DNA of 64,000 nucleotides, from NCBI GenBank assembly GCA_029252195.1, contig JAQXBV010000090.1, positions 10,815 through 74,814 of the forward strand, in the 5' to 3' direction. Both the position numbers and the translations under genes were made by a program. This stretch comes from Yoonia sp. (lineage in GTDB: Bacteria; Pseudomonadota; Alphaproteobacteria; Rhodobacterales; Rhodobacteraceae). The notes under the pieces were generated by a model, which did no database searches, had not been told where the DNA came from, and saw nothing but the letters and a program-made list of their open reading frames with translations. Numbering within the stretch: position 1 is the first letter of the stretch; the number at the start of each line of letters is the position of its first letter. Below, in pieces: positions 10,516 through 18,298 of the stretch.

Positions 10516-10791
10516 TCAATTTTCGTTTGTCAAATAGATGATAGCAAACACGATCAGTGTCGGAATGATATAAACCAAGCCGATCAACTTGGGACGAAAA
10601 GAGGCATTATAGGCCTTTATACCCTCGGCAACAAACGCGTCAAGGGCATCCATATCCTGACTACCCTCATTCTCTTCCGCCCAAGCATTCTCCAGCTTTT
10701 CGCGGCGCACAGAGCGCGAATAGATCGAGATCGACAGATACACCACGCTTAACGCGAGGCACCCGAACAAGACCAGTCTGACAAATCCCAT
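10516..10791 (-). CDS. Small two-TM membrane protein of unknown function
   Basis: MGFVRLVLFG...LVYIIPTLIVFAIIYLTNEN; GGAG RBS; tightly coupled to both neighbours. Confidence 0.75.
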   Translation of the reverse strand: MGFVRLVLFGCLALSVVYLSISIYSRSVRREKLENAWAEENEGSQDMDALDAFVAEGIKAYNASFRPKLIGLVYIIPTLIVFAIIYLTNEN

Positions 10792-10793
10792 TG

Positions 10794-12137
10794 CTATCTC
10801 CTCCGCACCGCGCCCCAAGGGCCGACGGCTTCTATCATATCACGCTTTGCGGGCTTTGGCTCTTCCAAGGGCGCATCATGCCCAAACAAGGCCTCGCGCG
10901 TGCCCGCCTTATCCACTTGATACTCCCGATCCAAAAAGTCCACGACATAGGCGCGTTTTTCGTCAGGCCAAGTGGCATAAGCCCCATAAAACGCCTCTTT
11001 ATGACAGATAAAGAGCTGGCGAATGTCCAGCGGGCACAACTCGGCCAGCAGCATATTGACCAAATCCGCATCCGCGTGATCCTTGGCGCGCAGCGTGTAG
11101 AAATAGGAGTCATGGTCCGATGTGATCCGTGGCCAAGGGCCATCTTCCTCGGCCCAGCGCGCCAATGCAGCCAAACCCTGCCACGCCTCTGGCAACTTCT
11201 CGGCATACCGACGCCCAAGCGTGCGCAAGTCGCGCCGCGTCGCCCCCGTCAAATCCTCGCCCATTTGCGCGGCAACCGAGGCCACGACAAAATCCATCTT
11301 CTGATGCAGGATCGCTGCGGCATCGAGGCCCCGCGCCTCCACAATCGGCTCGACCAGATCATTGAGCTTCAAAAACTTTGCAATCGCACTGCGCTCCGAC
11401 AGGTCAAAGACAAACCCTATCGGCACATCACCCAAAGACAACTTATCTATCGCCGAAAGCACCGCAGGATGCGGCACGCCGCGAAACACATAAAGCCTGC
11501 CAAAATGCGAGGTCCAGAAGTTGTCTTGGGCGAATTCCATCTGGTTAAGCGTAACAGGATTGCGGGTCACATCACCCGTTTCCTTGGCCAGCCCGATCAT
11601 TTCCCCGATCAGCACATCATCAAACCAAGCACCCTCCTCGGTCTTGAACCGATCAATCATCGCGCCCAGCTTTTTCGCCGTGGCCACCGTCCCGCCCGTC
11701 GTATCCGCCTCAATCGTAATCTTGCGAATATCAAACAGCTTCGCCGCCGTCTCGACGCTATAGACCGAATTGACCAACTCGCCTGCCACCGCATCGCGCG
11801 CCGTCAGCGCGAAAAGCTGCGCACGGTTGGTCTCGATAAACTGCTTGAGAATACCGCGCGACGTCGAAAACTTCGCATTGAGCAACGGCGCCGTCGCCTG
11901 CTCGGTCGTGAGCAAGATAAACTGACGGTTCACACCCTTATGGTTAAGATAAAGTTCATCCTGCAGCTCCGCCCCGATCTCAGGCGAATACCCCGAAATA
12001 TCGACATGAAACTCGTCCAGCTTTGTCTGCTTGCCCGTCAGCGACTTGAGGGCGCGATTATAGCGCTCGACCAAAACAGAGCTATCCACGCGAATAAGAT
12101 TGCCAAACATCAGGCCTTTTTGAATGAGCCTATGCAT
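10794..12137 (-). CDS. DUF6638-type cytoplasmic protein of unknown function
   Basis: MHRLIQKGLMFGNL...FHVDISGYSPEIG...YLNHKGVNRQFILL; family name from recall; start chosen by RBS spacing (AGGA). Confidence 0.75.
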   Translation of the reverse strand: MHRLIQKGLMFGNLIRVDSSVLVERYNRALKSLTGKQTKLDEFHVDISGYSPEIGAELQDELYLNHKGVNRQFILLTTEQATAPLLNAKFSTSRGILKQFIETNRAQLFALTARDAVAGELVNSVYSVETAAKLFDIRKITIEADTTGGTVATAKKLGAMIDRFKTEEGAWFDDVLIGEMIGLAKETGDVTRNPVTLNQMEFAQDNFWTSHFGRLYVFRGVPHPAVLSAIDKLSLGDVPIGFVFDLSERSAIAKFLKLNDLVEPIVEARGLDAAAILHQKMDFVVASVAAQMGEDLTGATRRDLRTLGRRYAEKLPEAWQGLAALARWAEEDGPWPRITSDHDSYFYTLRAKDHADADLVNMLLAELCPLDIRQLFICHKEAFYGAYATWPDEKRAYVVDFLDREYQVDKAGTREALFGHDAPLEEPKPAKRDMIEAVGPWGAVRRR

Positions 12138-12462
12138 CTGCATTCCTTTTCTTCTTGCGGATCATACCTGCAACCCATCCCACTGCATAAAATGCCACTG
12201 CGCCAAGCATGGTTACTTGCGCCATCGCTTTTGCACCACCCACATCACTGGCTGTTGTTCTAAAAGCAGTTGTATCTGATCCCATGTGCGCAATCTGACC
12301 CAGATTGACGCCCAGATTATATACCGCAGCCCAACTTATGATCGCCAAGAGCACCACGACCAGTAAAGCCAAAACCGGCTTTGCCTTCATGCGCGCAACG
12401 ACGCCAAGCACGAACCCAGCTAACCATATCACACCGACAAAGCTGAACACGAAAATTACCAT
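12130..12462 (-). CDS. Small three-TM membrane protein with atypical codon usage
   Basis: MVIFVFSFVG...RKKKRNADA; start overlaps the upstream stop (ATGGTAA); uses ATA and TTA codons. Confidence 0.6.
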   Translation of the reverse strand: MVIFVFSFVGVIWLAGFVLGVVARMKAKPVLALLVVVLLAIISWAAVYNLGVNLGQIAHMGSDTTAFRTTASDVGGAKAMAQVTMLGAVAFYAVGWVAGMIRKKKRNADA

Positions 12463-12797
12463 ACCTTGCTCACCCAACTCCGCGGCAAATTCGCGACAGA
12501 GAGCACCATAATCGGGGCCCAAATCATCCCGGCGATCAGGCCCAGCTTGCCATAAAACAACACATTCGCCGCCACCCCGTATTCCGCAAATTGCGCCGAT
12601 GTCAGGCCCTGCCAGAAATAGAGCACCACAAAAAATCCCGCACTCAGGCAGAACAAGAACACCGTCGACAAAAACGCATTGAGCAACAGCGGCTTAATCC
12701 CCTCTGGCAGCACCATCGACAAGAGCTTTGGCACCAGCCACGCAAGCAGCGCCAAGGTTAGCGCAGGCACGAACAAGCTGTCGGAAAACAGGCTCAC
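12456..12797 (-). CDS. Small three-TM membrane protein
   Basis: Hydrophobic 113-aa ORF; its GTG start overlaps the AAA ATPase stop (GTGA). Confidence 0.75.
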   Translation of the reverse strand: MSLFSDSLFVPALTLALLAWLVPKLLSMVLPEGIKPLLLNAFLSTVFLFCLSAGFFVVLYFWQGLTSAQFAEYGVAANVLFYGKLGLIAGMIWAPIMVLSVANLPRSWVSKVW

Positions 12798-14725
12798 CCT
12801 TTGCCCTCCAAATACCGCCGCTTCGCCGCCTCGGAGCGGCCCAAATCACGGACCATATTCTCAATCGCCACCTCATCGGACTTATCGGCATAACGGAATT
12901 CGCTATCCGCATAGCGGTTGATTTCCTGTATCACCATCTCGGTCGTGATCGGCTGACGCAGTTCCGAGATCATCCCTTTCTTGGTGTCATAATCTTTGAA
13001 CAGGAACAAATCAGGCACTTCCATCCATTCGTCGGGCAGCTCGAAGTCCATCGCGCGGACTTTCACCGCATCCGTGATGTTCTTGATCGCACGGCCCGTG
13101 AACCGCTCGTCTGCTTCCTGAATAGCCTTCAAATAGGTCCCCATCTTGGCAATTGTATCGAGATCACCAATCTCGCTTTGCACGCGGTCAAACACGCGGA
13201 TCAGCCCTTCTTCATGGGGCTTTGAGTGCCCCGCAAAGCTGGCCGCGACCGCCTTTTTGATCTCTTGCGCAGAGAAAACCTCGTGCTCTCCCACAGGAAT
13301 ATCGTGGTTCTTGCCCATCAACAGATAGAGAATATCAATATAGTCATCCCGCGTCTGTGGCCCGTCCACCAGAAACCGCGCCCCCGCGCGCTGGCGCAGG
13401 GCATCGTCGACATTCTCGGGATAGTTCGAGAACATACCAAACGTGCAATTCCCGCGCACAACCGTATTGGCGCCTGCAAAACTCTCCATCAGTACAGCCG
13501 TAATCTCCAACTGGCCCGCGCTTGACTGACGATCACCACGCTTGCCTGCCAACTGGTCAATATCGTCAATCGTGCCAAAGCCGATCACGCTTGGATCCAG
13601 AATATTGTTGATAAACGCCTTCGCGTTTTGCCCCGATTTGCCCTGATAGCTGTCGATATTATCGGTACTCAGGTTCTGATATTTGAACGGATAGCCCGCT
13701 GTCTGGCAGTAATCATTCACAAGGCCTGCCATCATCTGGATCAGCGTCGTCTTCCCCGTCCCGGGCTTCCCATCCCCCATAAACGTAAAGATAAACCCGC
13801 CCAATTTGGCAAAGGGGTTCAAGCGCCGCTCAAAGTCGTAAGCCATCAGCATCTTAGCAAGCTTCATCGACTGATACTTTGCAATATGGTTGCCCACGAC
13901 CTCATTGGGTTTCTTAAACGTCATCGTGAGCGTGGACGACTTGCCCTTGCGTGCAGGACTAAACCCGCGCACGGCAAAATCATCCGCCTCCACCCGCCAT
14001 GCGGCTGCGACAAATGGCTCCAGGCGCAGTGCGGTGCTGGCGCGGCCCGCGACCTTTTCCATCAAAGCCTCGGCAAAGGCCAAGACAACGGCCACCATCT
14101 TATGCTCGTCAGTACCCAGCGCGGAAATATCGCGGTCCAACTCCCACAGCACGCCGTGCAAGGCCAATTGGCCGTTGTCGACCAGAACCTCCTCGATCTC
14201 GCCGACCTCAACCGTCTGCTCGGAGGCATGGCTGCTCAGTAAAAACGCCGTCGCAGATCCAAACACATAAAGCGTGATCAAGGCCTCCGCCGTCAGCAAC
14301 TCGGAAAACTCCGCGCGCCGCGTCTCCGCCAAACCGCCTTCCAAATTCGCCCGTTTGAGATCCTTCAAAGGGATCCGATCAGAAAACTGGTCCGCTACAG
14401 CCAAAGCAATCGCAATGGCGCGGCGCAAGCCTTGCAACACATGGGCCTGAATTGGCGAGGGCAACCCGTCGCCACCAATCGCCTCAATCCGCGCCGACAG
14501 TTGAATACCCTCGGTGCGCGTCACACGGCGGGCCGAAAGCCCCGGTGTGGTCGAGCGAAACCGCCTCGCGGCACCAATGCCCGACGACTTCTCCGCCACA
14601 GGGGCAGCCCCGCCCGACGCAATCCGTGGACTATGATCGAACCCCTCCAGCAACCCCAGCGCACCCGCATAATGGCTGCGAATATCGTCCTCACGAAGCT
14701 CCATCTGGTCACTGCTCTGGCTCAT
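12794..14725 (-). CDS. AAA+ ATPase, single classical-clade module with long N-terminal helical domain
   Basis: Walker A GKPGTGKTT, pore loop SYQG, Walker B-like GTIDDID, sensor-1/SRH FSNYPENVDDALRQRAG. Confidence 0.9.
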   Translation of the reverse strand: MSQSSDQMELREDDIRSHYAGALGLLEGFDHSPRIASGGAAPVAEKSSGIGAARRFRSTTPGLSARRVTRTEGIQLSARIEAIGGDGLPSPIQAHVLQGLRRAIAIALAVADQFSDRIPLKDLKRANLEGGLAETRRAEFSELLTAEALITLYVFGSATAFLLSSHASEQTVEVGEIEEVLVDNGQLALHGVLWELDRDISALGTDEHKMVAVVLAFAEALMEKVAGRASTALRLEPFVAAAWRVEADDFAVRGFSPARKGKSSTLTMTFKKPNEVVGNHIAKYQSMKLAKMLMAYDFERRLNPFAKLGGFIFTFMGDGKPGTGKTTLIQMMAGLVNDYCQTAGYPFKYQNLSTDNIDSYQGKSGQNAKAFINNILDPSVIGFGTIDDIDQLAGKRGDRQSSAGQLEITAVLMESFAGANTVVRGNCTFGMFSNYPENVDDALRQRAGARFLVDGPQTRDDYIDILYLLMGKNHDIPVGEHEVFSAQEIKKAVAASFAGHSKPHEEGLIRVFDRVQSEIGDLDTIAKMGTYLKAIQEADERFTGRAIKNITDAVKVRAMDFELPDEWMEVPDLFLFKDYDTKKGMISELRQPITTEMVIQEINRYADSEFRYADKSDEVAIENMVRDLGRSEAAKRRYLEGKG

Positions 14726-14733
14726 CTTAAATC

Positions 14734-14768
14734 CTTCTTTTGGCTAAAAATACCTGCCGCCGGCAGGC
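14734..14768 (+). repeat. Repeat family B, copy inside the AAA operon
   Basis: CTTCTTTTGGCTAAAAATACCTGCCGCCGGCAGGC. Confidence 0.7.
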
Positions 14769-14788
14769 TTGGCTTTGTCAAAAGCCAA

Positions 14789-15906
14789 CTACCTATAACT
14801 CAACACGCGCCCTTGATCTGACACAACAAACTTGCGGACATCTTTGAACCCAGCAGGGTTCCGTTCCGCCAAAGCCTGATAAGGGCGCTCTGGCATAATG
14901 ATCGACCGCTGCATCCGCGAAGCACCCATCTCGGCGCCCGCCGCCGCAAATGGATCAAGCGCAAATATCTGCCGCTCGACTGTGCCAAACCAGCCCGACT
15001 TCACCCGCTCGACACGCTCGGCCACCAAATCTTCCTCGGTCCACACCATCGCCCAGTCTTCACCCACAGGGCTTTTAGCCGCCTCCAGCACCTCGCGCAA
15101 CGGCCCCGCTTGCATCGTGAACGCGTTTGAGTACATCGGCCCAATATGAAATCGGCGCAGCCTCGTAAGATGCAGATCGTCAAAGTCCTCGTCAAAACCC
15201 TTGGCAATGGTCAACAACTTCAACCCGCCCAAAGATTGCGCCATCAGATGCGATTGCGCTTCTGGCCAACGGCGCTCGTCTTTCGGCAGGCCCACCTTGC
15301 CCGTGTCCTCAACATCCATGATGTAAATCACGGGCAAGTTGACCTCACTGTCATAGACCGCCCAATGCACCTGAAAATGACGGCGATCATCGTCGTTCTT
15401 GATCCAAACAGCCGTCGGATCATTGCGCGCCCAAAACATGCCGCCTTTAGAAAGCTCTTCATAATAAAGCCGCTGCGACAACGCATATTGCAGCTTCGTT
15501 GGGATCTCTTGGTCGCCCACATCGTGCGCACCATCTGATCCTTCAATGCATCAACGGACGGCATAGACGCCAAATGGCGCTCGGCTTGAAGCACATCATT
15601 GGCCATCTCCAGCAGCTCCTGATAAACAGGCAACCCGCTCTCGACACGGTCAAACGTCAACTGCCCCGCATGCGCATACCGGCCCGAGAAATGATACTTA
15701 TGCGCCAGCGCCCGAAACGTCAGATTCAGCCCCAACAGATACCGCGCCAGCACATCAATATCGCGGCGACCCAAACGCTCCTCGGCCACCATGGTGGCCG
15801 CAACCTTCGTCATATGCTGTGTGATCCGCTCGAACTTGCCAAAATAGCGCCGCGTAATGCGGGTATCTTCGAGTTTGAAATGGTCGAGGCTTGGCGCATC
15901 AATCAT
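14789..15906 (-). pseudogene. Conserved hypothetical protein split by a 1-bp deletion near 15520
   Basis: Frame 1 reads MIDAPSL...DQMVRT and frame 2 continues VGDQEIPTKLQY...; junction ACG AT GTG GGC GAC, so one inserted base restores a single ~370-aa ORF. Confidence 0.8.
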
Positions 15907-15912
15907 CTATTT

Positions 15913-16110
15913 TCATTTCCTCTTCAAAGCAGAAAGCCCAAACCAAATAAGTGAAAGCAATGCTTCGAAAAGCATTAGTCCTATACCCGCAGCCCCCACG
16001 ACAACCCACCATGTGTTTGTGACGACCCCGACCAACATTATTCCAATTAAGAAAGGAAGCGCAAAGAGCCGCCAGTGCGTTTTGATCAATCGATTACCCC
16101 TGATCCCCAT
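15913..16110 (-). CDS. Small AT-rich two-TM membrane protein
   Basis: MGIRGNRLIKTHWRLFALPFLIGIMLVGVV...WFGLSALKRK; overlaps the coiled-coil gene stop; uses TTA, ATA and CTA codons. Confidence 0.55.
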   Translation of the reverse strand: MGIRGNRLIKTHWRLFALPFLIGIMLVGVVTNTWWVVVGAAGIGLMLFEALLSLIWFGLSALKRK

Positions 16111-17176
16111 ACTGATTGCTAACATGCTTCTCGACGATCTTGGCGAACCTGCGCACAAACCGCTCGTCGGCCTTGGCTTTCTGCTCCAACACTTCGCGCG
16201 CGAATACCATGTGGTCCTCCTGGGCTTCCAACATATCGGCCATACGGGCGTTCGTGGCAGAGCCAATCGCGGCCATTGCTGTCTGCGCCTCTTGGTCGGT
16301 TTTTACGCCAATCTCGTTGATCTTGTGGGCCACATCCTGCTGCTGCGCAGTCTTCAATGACTTAGACAAAGCATCATACAAAACAACACGTTGCTTGGTA
16401 TCTGTCTCCAGCTTGTTGATCAGCACCATCTGCGTCGCCGCTTGGTTTTGCAAACTATCGACCCAAGTTTTGCCCTTCTCGATATAACGCTCCAGCGTCT
16501 GGGATTTCGCAAGCTGGACCTGCTCCATCTGCACCATCTCGTTGTATTGCGAGTTCAGCGCGGCCAATTCGCTTTCAAGCTTTGTGCGCTTGGCCGCGTC
16601 CTGCTCCACCGAAATCTTGCCCTCAAGCGTAATAATCTGCGGATCAATCGCCAGAATATCGGCGCGGACCTGCTCCAACTCGCCAACCGTCGCCTCGCGC
16701 TCGTCCAGCGTGCCCGTCAGGTTGGTTTCAACCTTGGTTTTCTGTTCATTCAGCGTCGCGAGCTGCCCCTGCAAAAGCCGCGTGATCACGTCAGATTTGC
16801 TGATCAAATCCTGCAACTTGTCATCAACAGAGGCCGAGCGCATCCGCTCTTCGCGCATGCTGTCAGCCTTGGCACCAGAGAACCAACCCACAACGCTTTC
16901 CATCGTGGTCTTGGAGCGCATCTCATCGAAATCCTTGGAAAATGCGGAGGTTACATCGTCAAGACCCATGATCAATTCCGCGATATTGGCGTTCATGAGT
17001 TCGGTATGCGCATGCACATCCTCAAGGCTCGCATTCTCGATATCGGCGGAGATATCGGTGCCCGAAGCCATCTTTTGGCGGGCCGTTTCAATGCGTGATG
17101 TGAGCTCGGAAATCTTGGCCTGCGCCTCGGCTACTTGCTTTTGGCTTTCGTTAATCTGTGCGTCGAAAGTAGACAT
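16094..17176 (-). CDS. Long coiled-coil protein (TelA/PspA-like architecture), first gene of the AAA operon
   Basis: 360 aa, almost entirely Glu/Gln/Lys/Ala/Leu helical heptads; one aromatic patch (ESVVGWFSG); GAGGGG RBS. Confidence 0.85.
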   Translation of the reverse strand: MSTFDAQINESQKQVAEAQAKISELTSRIETARQKMASGTDISADIENASLEDVHAHTELMNANIAELIMGLDDVTSAFSKDFDEMRSKTTMESVVGWFSGAKADSMREERMRSASVDDKLQDLISKSDVITRLLQGQLATLNEQKTKVETNLTGTLDEREATVGELEQVRADILAIDPQIITLEGKISVEQDAAKRTKLESELAALNSQYNEMVQMEQVQLAKSQTLERYIEKGKTWVDSLQNQAATQMVLINKLETDTKQRVVLYDALSKSLKTAQQQDVAHKINEIGVKTDQEAQTAMAAIGSATNARMADMLEAQEDHMVFAREVLEQKAKADERFVRRFAKIVEKHVSNQYGDQG

Positions 17177-17213
17177 CTGCGGTGGTCCCCTCGTTAATGT
17201 TATATGTTTTTAC

Positions 17214-17242
17214 ATTTATGTGCCCGCGCGCAGGGTTTCAAT
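17214..17242 (-). promoter_or_regulatory. Candidate promoter of the coiled-coil/AAA operon (RpoH-like or sigma70-like)
   Basis: Minus strand ATTGAA-N16-CATAAAT; also readable as TTGAAA-N17-TAAATG. Confidence 0.45.
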
Positions 17243-17306
17243 TCGGCGCGCAGAAAATTCTGCCCATTCATGCGCAAAAAACACGGCAGGTAAATGGCGA
17301 TGATGT

Positions 17307-17337
17307 GAAAAGACCCGCACCATTTGGCGCGGGTCTT
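17307..17337 (-). terminator. Intrinsic terminator after the L,D-transpeptidase gene
   Basis: AAGACCCGC/GCGGGTCTT stem followed by a T-run on the minus strand. Confidence 0.7.
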
Positions 17338-17342
17338 GGATT

Positions 17343-18173
17343 TTATTGCAGCGGTACGTTTGCTTCATCGAGCGGCAGATTGGGATCAACCGCATCAAAA
17401 TCGGGCGGATGATCATTGGCCAAGGCCTCTTCACCATAAATCTCTTCGGGATCGATTTGTTTGGGGGGCAACTCAACACCACGCAGATAATGCTCCGGGT
17501 CAACGCGCAACGATTCGGATTCGGACCGCACATGCACCTTCACGCCCGTCTCGACCGCATTATAGAGGTGGATAATGTCATGGTTGAATAGGCGAATACA
17601 GCCAGCCGACCCTGAATTCCCGATGGAACCCAGGTCATTGGTGCCGTGAATACGGTAATAAGTGTCGCGCCCGTTGCGGTAAAGATAAAGGGCAGCCGCA
17701 CCCAGCGGGCTGCGCAATCCGCCCGGAATACCCTTCGCAAAGGGGCCGTAAACATCCGGCTCTGTGCGCAACATTTTTGCTGTCGGCGTCCAGCCCGGCC
17801 ACTTTTTCTTCACCTGAATGATACCGTTACCCGCAAAGCTTTTGCCCGCACGACCAACGCCCACTGGGTATCTGACGGCTGTGCCATCATCTTTCACATA
17901 ATATAGAAACTTCGCATAGGGATCGACATCAATGGAGTTGGCTGGCGCCTCACCCAGATAAACTCCCGTCATGCGGCGGTTTATCCCTGCTGTGTATTCG
18001 GGCGGAATACCCGCAAGCTGATATCCGGAATCGAAAATCGGACCGTAGCCATCAACGAATTGGATAGGCTCTGGAAGATCGAGGTTTGACGCGGGCACAG
18101 TCGCACAGGCGGCCGTGGTGCCCAGCATCATCACGCCAAAGGCACGTCGAGTGAAAGTTGAAGAAGTCGTCAT
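17343..18173 (-). CDS. L,D-transpeptidase (YkuD/ErfK family), probable Tat-exported lipoprotein
   Basis: YRIHGT...SAGCIRL catalytic motif; TRRAF twin-arginine and TAAC lipobox in the signal peptide. Confidence 0.93.
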   Translation of the reverse strand: MTTSSTFTRRAFGVMMLGTTAACATVPASNLDLPEPIQFVDGYGPIFDSGYQLAGIPPEYTAGINRRMTGVYLGEAPANSIDVDPYAKFLYYVKDDGTAVRYPVGVGRAGKSFAGNGIIQVKKKWPGWTPTAKMLRTEPDVYGPFAKGIPGGLRSPLGAAALYLYRNGRDTYYRIHGTNDLGSIGNSGSAGCIRLFNHDIIHLYNAVETGVKVHVRSESESLRVDPEHYLRGVELPPKQIDPEEIYGEEALANDHPPDFDAVDPNLPLDEANVPLQ

Positions 18174-18298
18174 AAGGGGCAGCTACCAAATGAAAAGTCC
18201 TGCCTTGAATACCATGTGCACCAAAAGTTGCAATTCAAGCCCGTGTTATTGCCCTGAAATATGGGGCGCCCGATAAAAGACGCCCCAATCTGTGACCT

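Noticed and set aside
10791-12263. 490-aa plus-strand ORF, and similar long antisense ORFs (1233-2192, 18515-19639, 31641-33212, 38296-39885, 41864-43012, 59870-60940)
   Set aside because: Shadows of well-supported genes on the opposite strand, expected in GC-rich DNA; no motifs or RBS.
6432-14725. Odd-looking residues possibly reflecting point errors or decay (deoC GRWSVKK, DUF6638 HFGRLY, AAA NPFAKLGG)
   Set aside because: Based only on recollection of homolog consensus; cannot be supported without an alignment.
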